Of a stretch of DNA of 64,000 bases, positions 41,601 to 52,400 are shown one piece after another. The stretch lies in the NCBI RefSeq assembly GCF_028641065.1, contig NC_073415.1, positions 7,874,001 through 7,938,000 of the forward strand. Direction: 5' to 3'. Every line of letters begins with the position of its first letter. Position 1 is the first letter of the stretch. The DNA is from Leucoraja erinacea. Taxonomy: Eukaryota. The translations under genes and the position numbers were made by a program. The notes beneath the pieces are model-generated. The model was given only the letters and a program-made list of their open reading frames with translations, did no database searches and was not told the origin of the DNA.

Positions 41601-44600
41601 GCCTAATTCTGCTCCTGTCTCTTATGGCATGAACATACTGTAGCTTTAATTCCAGTTGTGTAGGAAAGAGCTGCAGATGCTGGTTTAAATCGAAGGTAGA
41701 CACAAAGTGCTGGAGTAACTCAGCGGGCCAGGCAGCATCTTTGGAGAGAAGGAATGGGTGACGTTTTGGGTGGTGACCCTTCTTCAGACTTGATTAATTC
41801 CAGTTGGCCAAGTGTTGCTTCACTGGATGTGGTTAAGATCTTGTCCCCCTTACAGTGGCCATGGGGCCATTCCTTCCCTTGAGCTCCAATCTCCACTTCT
41901 CCCCTCAGGTGCCCACAAGTCGCCGGCCAGCAGGGAGGACGGGCATGCGGTCAGTGTCACCGACCACGACAAGGAGATGGCCAAGCTGAAGCTGGAGCTG
42001 GAGCAGAGCAAACAGATCATCCGGGAGCAGCAGCAAGTTCTCCAGGTACCAGCCCCACCCAGCTCCAGTCAATCCTGGCCCCACACGGCCACGGCACAGG
42101 AGGAGGCCATTCAGCCCGTCCTGCCCATGCCAGCTCATTCCCACCTGCGCTCACCCCCACGTTCAGTCACGGTGGCGCAGCGGTAGAGTTGCTTCCTCAC
42201 AGCGCCAGAGACCCGGGTTCGATCCTGACTACGGGTGCCGTCTGTACGGAGTTTGTACATTCTCCCCGTGACCTGCGTGGGTTTTCTCCGAGATCTTCGG
42301 TTTCCTCCCACACTCCAAAGATGTGCAGGTTTGTAGGTTAATTGGCTTGGTGAAAATGTAAAATTGTCCAAATTGGTGATGTGTAGAGTACGGCCCTGCT
42401 GACTATAAAATTCAAAAGGTTCAGAGGAAGCTATCCCATATTTTGATCCGCCCCGTAAACAATTTTATAAATTTTTTTAAATTATTTTTTTTTTATAAGG
42501 CAAATTAAGCTACAAATTTTGGGCCTCCAGAATTTTGGATTAGTGCCAGATCTAAACATTTTAATCTTTAAATTTTTTTTTAAATTAATTGTGAATTTAT
42601 TTTTTCACCAATGTGGTTTCCTTACTGCAGGACCAGCTGGCTATTGAGAAGGATGATCTGGCCCAGGGTCCCGACTTACTGGAGGAAATGGAATGGTTCA
42701 ACAAGGAGCGACAGCTGTTTGAGGAGCAGAGAGCCAACTTTAAGACGGAGAGGGAATCGTTCACGGAGGCAGCTATTCGCCTGGGTCGGGAGGTGAGCTG
42801 TAGACCTCTCCCCAGTCCCCACCAGTGCCCTGCCTCGGCAAGGCCAGCAGCATCATCAAGGACAAGTCGCACCCCGGCCACTCCCTCTCCTCCCATCGGG
42901 CAAAAGGTACAGAAGTGTGAAAACGCACACCTCCAGATTCAGGTACAGTTTATTCCCAGCTGTTATCAGGCAACTGAACCATCCTACCACAACCAGAGAG
43001 CGGTCCTGAACTACTATCTACCTCATTGGTGACCCTCGGGCTATCCTTTGCTGGCGTTACCTTGCACTAAACGTTATTCCCTCATCATGTATCTATACAC
43101 AGAATGGCTCGATTGTAATCATGTGTTGTCTTTCCGCTGACTGGTTAGCACGCAACAAAAGCTTTTCACTGTACCTCGGTAGACGTGACAATAAACTAAA
43201 CTGAGCAGAAGTTTTGATTCCATTGAGGCTGCAGAAATTCAAGCCCAGATCCACCACCAACCCCCCAAACCAGCCACTCTAACCACTTGTGTTATTTCTT
43301 TAGAGAAACGTGTTTGAATCGGAACGTGCACAACTCAGAAAGGAGCAGTTCTTTAACCTGACGCCGTTTCGAGAGCGCAGAGCAAAACCTAGACTGAGGC
43401 TACGCACTGCTTGTACCATGGCTAGTAAGTAACTAACTGCCTGTGTGTCATTGACACAGTGTCGTCGGAAACTGGCCCTTTGGCTCACCAGGTCCACACC
43501 CACCGTCTGAAGAAGGGTTTCGGCCCGAAACGTTGCCCATTTCCTTCGCTCCATAGATGCTGCTGCACCCGCTGAGTTTCTCCAGCATTTTTGTGTACCA
43601 TCTGTACACTAATTCTCTCCCACACACTGGGAACAATTTACCATTTACAGAAAGCAATTAACCTTCAAACTTGCGTATTTTTGGAATCTGGGAGGAAATT
43701 CGGTCAGTCACGGGGAGAACATGCCAACTCCGCACAGACAGCACCCGAGGTCAGGATTGGACCCGGGTCTTTGGCGCTGTGAGGCAGCAACTCTACCGCT
43801 GCACCACCTGGGTTTTGCCAGTAATCCTATACTTCCGGCATATTTGTTTTTAAACTTCCTTGCTTGATCTTAGCTCTGTGTGGGTTTTCTCATTAACACA
43901 ATGGTAGACACAAAATGCTGGAGTAACTCAGCGGGACAGGCAGCATCTCTGGAGAGAAGGAATGGGTGACGTTTCGGCTCGAGACTCTGTCTGAAGAAGG
44001 GTCTTGACCTGAAACTTCACCCATTTCTTCTCTCCAGAGATGCTGCCTGTCCCACTGAGTGACTCCAGCATTTTGTATCCAAGCCCTGTGTATCCCATCC
44101 AAGAGTGGTCTATTGCTAAACTTAAGTTGGATGGCGTGGATGTGGAGAGGATGTTTCTACTAGTGGCGGAGTCTTGGACTAAAGTCATAGCCTCAGAAAT
44201 AAAGGCCATTCTATTTGTGGTGAATCTGGGGAATTCTTTGCTTCAGAAGGTTGTGGAGGCCAAGTCAGTGGATATTGTTATGGCAGACATAGATAGATTC
44301 TTAATTAGTACAGGTGTCAGAGGTTATGGGGAGAAGGCAGGAGAATGGGGTTAGGAGGGAGAGATAGATCAGCCATGATTGATTGGTGGAGTAGACTTGA
44401 TGGGCCGAATGGCCTAATTCTACTCTTATTCCTTATGGCCTTACAACATGCTTTACATTTTTAGGTCCAGATCGGGAAAGCTCATCTGCGCTTCTAGCTG
44501 GTCACAAGATGGGCAGGTGGACCATCCATTCACACCGGCCTCTGGGCACCCTAAGCCCACCACCCAAGGGTGCCCAACCAAGGGGTGCCAGCTCGCGGAG

Positions 44601-46713
44601 GTATTCCCTGCCCGCCTCCCACGAGTTGTGCCATGCCTTGGGGGTGATTCCGGAGCGGAGGTGAGTGAGTCTGACCCTTCAATCTCGCAACTTTATCCTT
44701 TCTTCACTTTTTCCATCAGACCTGCTGCTCACCATTCATTCATCTCACGGCCAATCCTTCTGAAGAAGTCTCGATTTGAAATGTTGTCTATCCAAGTTCT
44801 CCTAAGATGCTTCCTCACCTGCAAGGTTAAGGCCTTAAGATGTAGTGTGTAAACGGGCCCTTTGGCCCATCGGGTTTGCACTGACCAGCAATCACCTGTA
44901 CACTAGTTCAATCCTACACGTTAGGGACAATTTACTGAAACCAATTAACCAACAAACCTGAGATGGACACGAATAGCTGGAGTAACTTAGTGGGACAAGC
45001 AGTTGTCTGGAGAGAAGGAATGGGTGTTGTTTCTGGTCGAGACCGTTCTTCAGACTGATAAACCAATAACCTGTATGTTTGAGCAGTGTGGGAGGAAACC
45101 GGAGCACCCGGGAATGGGGAGAACGTGCAAACTCCGTACAGCCACCACCGCAGTCAAGATCAAACCCATGTCTTTGGCGCTATTGTAGGGCCTGTCCCAC
45201 TTTCATGACCTAATGCACGACTTTTTTTACTTGTGAAAATTTTTCATCATGCCAGAAAAAACGCCCCGACCTACTTGACACCGCGACTAGTATTACGGCC
45301 TGCTACGACCTCATCAAGTCAAGTCAAGTCAAGTTTATTTGTCACATACACATACGAGATGTGCAGTGAAATGAAATTGGCAATGCTCGCGGAACAACAA
45401 AACAACCAAACAAATTATAAACACAATCATAACACACATATTATTTTACATAATAAATAATAGAAGGAAAAACGTTCTGTACAGTTAGTCCCTGGTGAGA
45501 AAGGCGTTTACAGTCCGAATTGCCTCTGGGAAGAAACTCCTTCTCAACCTCTCCGTTCTCACTGCATGGCAATGGAGGCGTTTGCCTGACCGTAGCGGCT
45601 GGAACAGTCCGTTGCAGGGATGGAAGAGGTCTCTCATGATTTTGTTTGCTCTGGAGTTGCACCTCCTGTTGTATAGTTCCTGCAGGGGGGTGAGTGAAGT
45701 TCCCATAGTGCGTTCGGCCGAACGCACTACTCTCTGCAGAGCCTTCTTGTCCTTGGCAGAGCAATTCCATGACAACCATACTGTGAGTATGAGTCAAGGG
45801 CAAACTTGGCACAGGTTGTGAATTAGGTCGTGAAAGTGGGACAGGCTGCAGTAACTCTACCACTGTGCTGCCTTAAAACACACTTGTTAATATGTGTAGC
45901 TGCCGCTTCAATGTGCTAACCTTGAACCTGGTGTACAGGCAGGGTTAACCGTTAAACAAAACCACCCTCACTCCCTGTGTTTACTTTGACTGACCGAGTC
46001 TCCTTGATCTGCAGCCTCCTTGCGATAGCACGTCCCTGGTTTAATCTGGCATTCTGCATGTTTTGACTGCAGCAGGAGCTCAGCATGCCCGAGCAACGTG
46101 CCTCCATGTGTGTCTTGGATCTTATAGAAACTTACAAAATTCTTAAGGGGTTGGACAGGCTAGACGCAGGAAGGTTGTTCCCGATGTTGGGGAAGTCCAG
46201 GACAAGGGGTCACAGTTTAAGGATAAGGGGGAAATCTTTTAGGACCGAGATGAGAAAAACATTTTTCACACAGAGAGTGGTGAATCTGTGGAATTCTCTG
46301 CCACAGAAGGTAGTTGAGGCCAGTTCATTGGCTATATTTAAAAGGGAGTTAGATGTGGCCCTTGTGGCTAAAGGGATCAGGGGGTATGGAGAGAAGGCAG
46401 GGATGGGATACAGTATTGGATGATCAGCCAGGATCATATTGAATGGCGGTGCAGGCTCGAAGGGCCGAATTGTCTACTCCTGCACCTATTGTCTATGTTT
46501 CATTGCTTCTTCCCCTCTGATCCTTTGACTCCTTGAACTTCCCACAGCTTCAGAATCGCACCGACTGCGCGCCTGAGAAGATCCTATAGCCCAACCCGTC
46601 AGCAAGAATCCTCCACTCAAACGAGGAACGACTCGGGCTGGATGAGCGCGGCCCTGTTTATGAACGAGTCTGATGATTCTTTGTACATTGGGCCCTTGCA
46701 CTCACGGTTTTAA
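35627..46713 (+). CDS. Afadin- and alpha-actinin-binding protein-like (SSX2IP/ADIP family); 13 coding exons, about 609 aa; gene span
   Basis: SAFC..DNIEECLAYL, VVKLQNIISSR...HDMKRKEQE, DILNQIGRSDGRR.LWRTGKTE, ERESFTEAAIRLG and EQFFNLTPF parallel human SSX2IP. Exon lengths sum to 1830 nt in frame. Symbol withheld because this may be a paralog. Confidence 0.88.
36046..36215 (+). CDS. SSX2IP-like coding exon 2
   Basis: DAKSF...SAFCWADNIEECLAYLSK. Confidence 0.85.
36476..36691 (+). CDS. SSX2IP-like coding exon 3
   Basis: ELIALGLPSLF...FNLVALINC...FKLQ. Confidence 0.87.
37215..37325 (+). CDS. SSX2IP-like coding exon 4
   Basis: EQAETLEREITALQAKDQQAQKNIRNLNSLLKSTKEE. Confidence 0.87.
37801..37936 (+). 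CDS. SSX2IP-like coding exon 5
   Basis: VVKLQNIISSRSAQHAHDMKRKEQELSKLKEKM. Confidence 0.88.
38785..38860 (+). CDS. SSX2IP-like coding exon 6
   Basis: IDILNQIGRSDGRRSLWRTGKTES. Confidence 0.88.
39568..39742 (+). CDS. SSX2IP-like coding exon 7
   Basis: REGEMYKVLTGNYETQLKDLALDNAELKRAL. Confidence 0.87.
39852..40178. mobile_element. MITE / non-autonomous DNA transposon (possibly Harbinger/PIF-like)
   Basis: Terminal inverted repeats of about 45 bp (ccctgtcccacggtac.agttcattccaagag..ctcccgagttt); no ORF. Confidence 0.7.
40779..40893 (+). CDS. SSX2IP-like coding exon 8 (NAGNAG acceptor; alternative start 40776)
   Basis: EEEDTLDES..RKHLTDVFLKQWTSLKDHLQKL. Confidence 0.75.
41909..42045 (+). CDS. 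SSX2IP-like coding exon 9
   Basis: DHDKEMAKLKLELEQSKQIIREQQQVLQ. Confidence 0.87.
42166..42370 (+). mobile_element. V-SINE/HE1-like SINE, representative of dozens of copies and fragments
   Basis: A box GGTGGCGCAGCGG, B box GGTTCGATCC, then the conserved ggagtttgtacattctcccc domain. Confidence 0.75.
42631..42792 (+). CDS. SSX2IP-like coding exon 10
   Basis: DLLEEMEWFNKERQLFEEQRANFKTERESFTEAAIRLGRE. Confidence 0.9.
43304..43424 (+). CDS. SSX2IP-like coding exon 11
   Basis: RNVFESERAQLRKEQFFNLTPF. Confidence 0.87.
43905..44076. mobile_element. Penelope-derived palindromic element
   Basis: Two inverted arms meeting at about 43988; degenerate CTGAAGA..GAAA core on the right arm. Confidence 0.65.
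44465..44660 (+). CDS. SSX2IP-like coding exon 12
   Basis: tttag| and AG|gtgagt, phase-consistent; YSLPASHELC (human SLPASPSTSDFC). Confidence 0.7.
45188..45848. mobile_element. MITE with a nested minus-strand Rex1/Babar LINE fragment (45313-45770)
   Basis: TIRs gcctgtcccactttcatgacctaat / attaggtcgtgaaagtgggacaggc; internal KKALQRVV..RRSFFPEAIR with a (CTTGA)n tail. Confidence 0.7.
46117..46501 (+). mobile_element. CR1 LINE 3' end
   Basis: [36 protein letters not shown]. Confidence 0.85.
46548..46713 (+). CDS. SSX2IP-like last coding exon (candidate)
   Basis: Pyrimidine-rich acceptor cccacag|, phase-consistent, open to TAA at 46711-46713; AATAAA at 47494. Confidence 0.6.
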
Positions 46714-49295
46714 TTTGCCCCATCGCCGCTGCTACAGTCTCGTACACCAGCCGGGACACAAGTGAAGCAAAACATGTCCATCTCGACAGTATCTGAAGAT
46801 AGACACGAAAAGCTGGAGTAACTCAGTGGGACAGGCAGCATCTCTGGAGAGAAGGAATGTGTGTCGTTTTGGGTCGAGACCCTTCTTCATACTGGTTACA
46901 GATTAGGGAAATGTACAATAGATGATAATGTAGAGAGATAAAGAACAGTGAATGAAATATGTACCCTTTCCACTTTTTTTGCATATCTTTCATTCATTTG
47001 ATCGATATCTCCATCTACAGTTTGCCTTTCCCATGACTCAGTCTGAAGAAGGGTCTCGACCCAAAATGTCACCCATTCCTTCTCTCCAGAGATGCTGCCT
47101 GTCCCGCTGCGTTACTCCAGCTTTTAGTGTCCATCTTCGGTTCGAACCGGCATCTGCAGTTCCTCGCTACACTGACTGTATCCCCTTGCCTTGCTGCTAA
47201 ATGTAGATGAGATTCCTCGTTGATTTTACTGTATATAATTCCCGTCAAAGCTTTTCTTTCGAGTGGCATGAAGTAATTTATTGCAATGTTTTATAATGAA
47301 AAACCGTCTGAGCATTAGTTTTTAAAATTGAAGTTGTAACACTGGGTCTGTGAGATGTACAAATTAAATTTAAATTTACTCCGGTGCATGTAATTTTGAC
47401 AAACTTTCCGGGACCTGGGGATTGTAGGGGTAAGTTGATGCTCCAGACCCTGTACTATTGTAGTGTTGACCAGCATGCAAAAAAGTGTGTTTTAATAAAC
47501 TTTCCTTTTGCCAATACAATGGACTTTTTGTTTCATTTGGCCTGTCTGCAGTTGAGTGTGGGGGGATTTTGTAGTGGCATCTTTGGAATATTGAATCTTG
47601 GCTATTGTCTTCCCCTAGCCTGGGCAGTGCAGCAGTAGAGTTGCTGCCTCACAGCGCCAAAGGTAAGGGTTCAATAGACAATAGGTGCAGGAGTAGGCCC
47701 TTCGAGCCAGCACCGCTATTCAATGTGATTATGGCTGATCATCCCCAATCAGTACCCCGTTCCTGCCTCCTCCCCATATCCCCCGACTCCGCTATTTTTA
47801 AGAGCCCTATCTAGCTCTCTCTTGAAAGCACCCGGAGAACCGGCCTCCACCGCCCTCTGAGGCAGAGAATTCCACAGACTCGCCACTCTGCGAGAAAAAG
47901 TGTTTCCTCGTCTCCGTTCTAAATGGCTTACTCCTTATCCTTAAACTGTGGCATATGGTTCTGGTTCGAATCTGACTGCAGGTGCTGTCTGTACGGAGTT
48001 TGTACGTTCTCCCCGTGGCCTGCGTGGGTTTTCTCCGGATTCTTAGGTTTCCTCCCACACTCCAAAGACGTGCAGGTTTGTAGATCAATTGATTTGGTGT
48101 ATGTGTAAATTGTCCCTAGTGTGTGCAGGCTAGTGTTAATGTGCGGGGATCGCTGGTCGATGCAGACTTGGTGGGCCGAAGGGCCCGTTTCTGCACTGCA
48201 TCTCTAGTTTGTAAGAGATACAGTGTGGAAACAGGCCCTTTGGCCCACTGAGTCCATGCTACCCATTAATAGCCCCATACACTAGTTCTATCCTACACGC
48301 TAGGGATAATTTATAAGAAACCTGTTGTTTAAGAAAGAACTGCAGTTCCTGGAAAATCGAAGGGGGGGGGAGGGGAGGGGGGTGCTGCCCCATTTGTGAT
48401 CAATTGAATTAAAGCTTCTTGTTAAAGCGTGTGAGGGGAGCTCGTAGGTTTCCTGGCGGTGCCACAATGTTTCAATGGTTCATTGATACTTTATTGCCAC
48501 ACTGTGTAGCCACTGTTTATTGACACAGAATGCTGGAGTAACTCCGCGGGACAGGCAGCATCTCTGGAGAGAAGGAATGGGTGGCGTTTCAGGTCGAGAC
48601 CCTTCTTCAAACAGTGTGAACCAAAGGCTCCTCTAGTATCTTTGGTCTAAACCCGAAACGTCACCCATTCCTTCTCTCCAGAGATGCTGCCTGTCCAGCT
48701 GAGTTACTCCAGCTCTTTGTGTCTATCTACGATAGAAACATAGACAATAGGTGCAGGAGTAGGCCATTCGGCCCTTCGAGCCAGCACCGCCATTCAATAT
48801 GATCATGGCCGACCATCCAAAATCAGTATTTAAGAGGGAACTGCAGATGCTGGAGAATCGAAGGTTACACAAAAGGTTTCTCCAGCTTTTTTGTGTAACC
48901 ATCCAAAATCAGTACCCCGTTCCTGCTTTCTCCCCATATCCCTTGATTCCGTTAGCCCCAAGAGCTATATCTAACTCTCTCCATGAATTGATCCTAAGGG
49001 CGAAATCTAACTCTCGTTATTTGAGAGTTCAATTTCCTTCTTGGGATAAATAGAGTTATAAATTAAGTTCTATCTTCGGGACGGAAAGCAGCATCTGCAG
49101 TTCCTTCTGTGTGGCCACGAAAGATGCTAGAGGAGTACACTGCCTGTGGTGTGGGGGGGGTTCAGCGGGCTGGGGTGCAAGAAGGCGCTATACAAATGAA
49201 GGTGGTGCACTCGCTTTGTGACGCCCGCTGTTTGTTACGACGGGAGAGGCGGAGCCGAAATGTAGCAGCTGATCGGCAATGTAGCAAAGCCCCGG

Positions 49296-49324
49296 GTCAC
49301 GTGGGGGGGCGTGGGTCACATGAC
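49296..49324 (+). promoter_or_regulatory. MAN2B1 promoter: two CLEAR/E-box elements flanking a GC box
   Basis: GTCACGTGG at 49296-49304, GGGGCGTGG, GTCACATGAC at 49315-49324. Confidence 0.7.
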
Positions 49325-49332
49325 TCTGGACC

Positions 49333-49443
49333 ATGTCTGCTCCGGGCGGTGGAGGCAGCACCTCTCCTCTCCTCTGCCTCCTCGCCCTCCTCTGTCCCGG
49401 GACCCTGGGGGATGGGGAACCGAACCCCAGCTGTGGCTACCAG
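49333..49443 (+). CDS. MAN2B1: MAN2B1 exon 1
   Basis: [37 protein letters not shown]; CAG|gtgagt. Confidence 0.82.
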
Positions 49444-52400
49444 GTGAGTCTCCACCCAAGAGGGAGGGGAGAGTAGAGGAGGGAGGGGGGCTCTTCCTTG
49501 TAACTCTATCCCCTGAGAGTTTAGTGACTGACAATGTCAGGGTCTCGACCCAAAACATCACCCACTCCTTCTCTCCAGAGATGCTGCTTCTCCCGCTGAG
49601 TTACTCCAGCTTTTTGTGCCCACGGTTTAAACCAGCACCTGCACTTCCTTCTTACTTGCATTAGTGACTCTCTTTCTCCCGTTAGAATCCAGTAACTATA
49701 TTAGTGACTCTCTCCCCTGAGAGTTTAGTAACTATATATATATATTGGTGACTTTCTCCTTGGAGTTTAAGAAGGAACTGCAGATGCTGGAAAATCGAAG
49801 GTAGACAAAAGTGCTGGAGTAACTCAGCGGGTGCAGCAGCATCTATAGAGCGAAGGAAATAGGCAATGTTTTGGCCTGAAACGTTGCCTATTTCCTTCGC
49901 TCCATAGATGCTGCTTCTCCCGCTGAGTTTCTCCAGCACTTTTGTCTACTTTCTCGTTAGAGTTCAGTAACTATATCAGTGACTCTAATCCATTAGTTTT
50001 GTAACTATATTAGTGATTCTATACCCCTGGAGTTTAGTAGTAAGTCCCTCTCAGTCATGACTGACCACGAGTGATGCATCCCGGATTGGATGCAAGCCTG
50101 GGCCATAGTTTAGTTTCTGTTAATGACTAACCCATTAGAGATTAGTAACTATATTAGTCACTGTCCACTTCAACCGTATCTATACACTGTAACTGGATGG
50201 ATTGTAATCCTGTATAGTCTTTCGGCTGACTGGTTAGCACGCAACAAAAAGCTTTTCACCGCACCTTGTTACATGTGACAATAAACTGAACTGAATTTGA
50301 GTAAAGGGGAACAGAGAAATGTTGCAAATGTTACAAATGTTGACAGCATGCAAAACATCAAGAGAATGAAGGGGCATGAAGGGGTATAACAGAGTGCTGC
50401 AGTCTTTAACTGGCTCTGGAAGGAAGTATTTTTTTGGTGCGTGTGTAACTATTTCATTTTTGCTATGTGAAATATAATTTCAGCAACTCTACTGCTGCGC
50501 CACCGTACCACCCTGGCACGGTGCTCAAACACTGGTGGTGATTCCACCCCAAGTTTGTTATGTGAATTTATAATTTCAGTCCTATAACCCCCACAATTAA
50601 AATGTGGATCGTGGAAATGTCAGAGACCCTACATCTAGAAAGAATTAGACTTGTCTTAACGGACAAACAGGAACTTTTTGTTAAAATATGGTCTCCATTC
50701 ATTAACTATTTGAAGGGATAGATTGGCTCGGCACGAAAACCCAACTGAAGCTTGAACTCAGGATTAGATGAAAAGTTATACTTTATAATTTACGAACCTA
50801 TCTCCAATGACGTATTATTAGTAATTCATTCCACTCTTTTTTTCTTTTTTGACATTTGTAATTCTTTTTTCTTTCTCTCTTATTTACTATCTATATAAAA
50901 AAAACTAGCAGATCAATCCACAATTGAAAATTGTAATAATGTATGATTGATATACATATAGTTTTTATTATAATATGTAATTATATTTTACCATAATATG
51001 TTTGCTTCTAATAAAAATATTAAAAAAAAAAAAAGTATAATTTCAGTTAGTTCAGGATATCCTCTTAATGTTGCAATAATCTCCGGATGGCCCAGTTTAG
51101 GGAAGTAGGCTGTGTAAGTTCAGATGCAAAGTGCAATTTACATTTACAATTACAAGCCAATTAACCTACAAACCTGTACGCCTTAGGAGTGTGGGAGGAA
51201 ACCGGAGATCCTGGAGAAAACCCACGCAGGTTACGGGGAGAACGTACAAACTCTGTATAGACAGCATCTGAGGTCAGGATGGAACCCGGGTCTCTGGCGC
51301 TGTAAGGCAGCAACTCCATTGCTGTGCCACCCTGCCACCCTGGCACGGTGCCCAAACACTGCCGGTGATTCCACCCCAAGTTTCAAGGCTTCATGTCCTT
51401 CCTGACCACACAACACAAGATTCAGAATCAATAAACAATTGGAGAGGCCTTGAGGTTGTTTAGCGTTTCAACGTGTTTGTAGAAGCTTGTGTTCTTCTCA
51501 GTTTACTTTAGAGATACAGCATGGAAACAGGCCCTTAGGCCCACTGAGTCTGAACTGACCAGCGATCCACACACACGCACACACACGACAATTTGCATTA
51601 ATATCAAGCCAATGAGCCTGCAAATCTGCACGTCTTTGATGTGTGGGAAGAAACGGAAGATCTCGGCGAAAACCCACGCAGGTCATGGGGAGAACGTACA
51701 AACTCCGCACATACAAGCACCCGTAGTCAGGATCGAACCCAGGTCTGGTGTTGTAAGGCAGTAGCTCTATCGCTGTGCCACTTCTTCTTCTTGCGTATGG
51801 CGTGCACAGCCTACAGTTGTAGGACAACTTGTTCTATTTGATCTTACTTGATTGTGCACACCGGGTTGATTCCATTTGTCAAAACAGGGCGGACCAGGTG
51901 AAGGTTGCAAACTCCCACCCCTCTGTGTTATTGTGTCGCCCAAATGGCCAGGCACTGAATGAGGCTCCCACCTCCCTCTCTGGAGAACGCGGGTAATCAA
52001 GGAGTCTACCTCCTACCAGTTCAGAATGAACAGCTAAGGGTCTATTTTGTACAAAGAAGAAACTGTAGCTGCTGGTTCAATGCATTTCGTTGTCTCCGTA
52101 CTGTACACTGACAATGACAATTAAAATTGAATCTGAATCTTTACACATGGGGACACAAAGTGCTGGAGTAACTCAGAGGGTCAGGCAGCATCTCCGGGGA
52201 AGGTGGATTGGTGACGATCCTTCATCAGGGATTTGCTTCCACCTTGAGTCTTGTGTGCTGGCCGTATCATGAGGGGGCAAGATCGGTTTAATGCATGCGG
52301 TCTTTTTCCCAGGAAAAGATAAATTAGTCAAGTCAAGTCAAGTCATATTTATTTATATAACACATTTAAAAAACAACTCTCGTTGGCCAAAGTGCTTTAC

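Noticed and set aside
42166-42235. tRNA genes at SINE heads
   Set aside because: A and B boxes are present, but there is no full cloverleaf or terminator, and each continues into a SINE body.
44448-44852. 134-aa ORF from the track
   Set aside because: Wrong frame; the phase-consistent exon 44465-44660 uses another frame.
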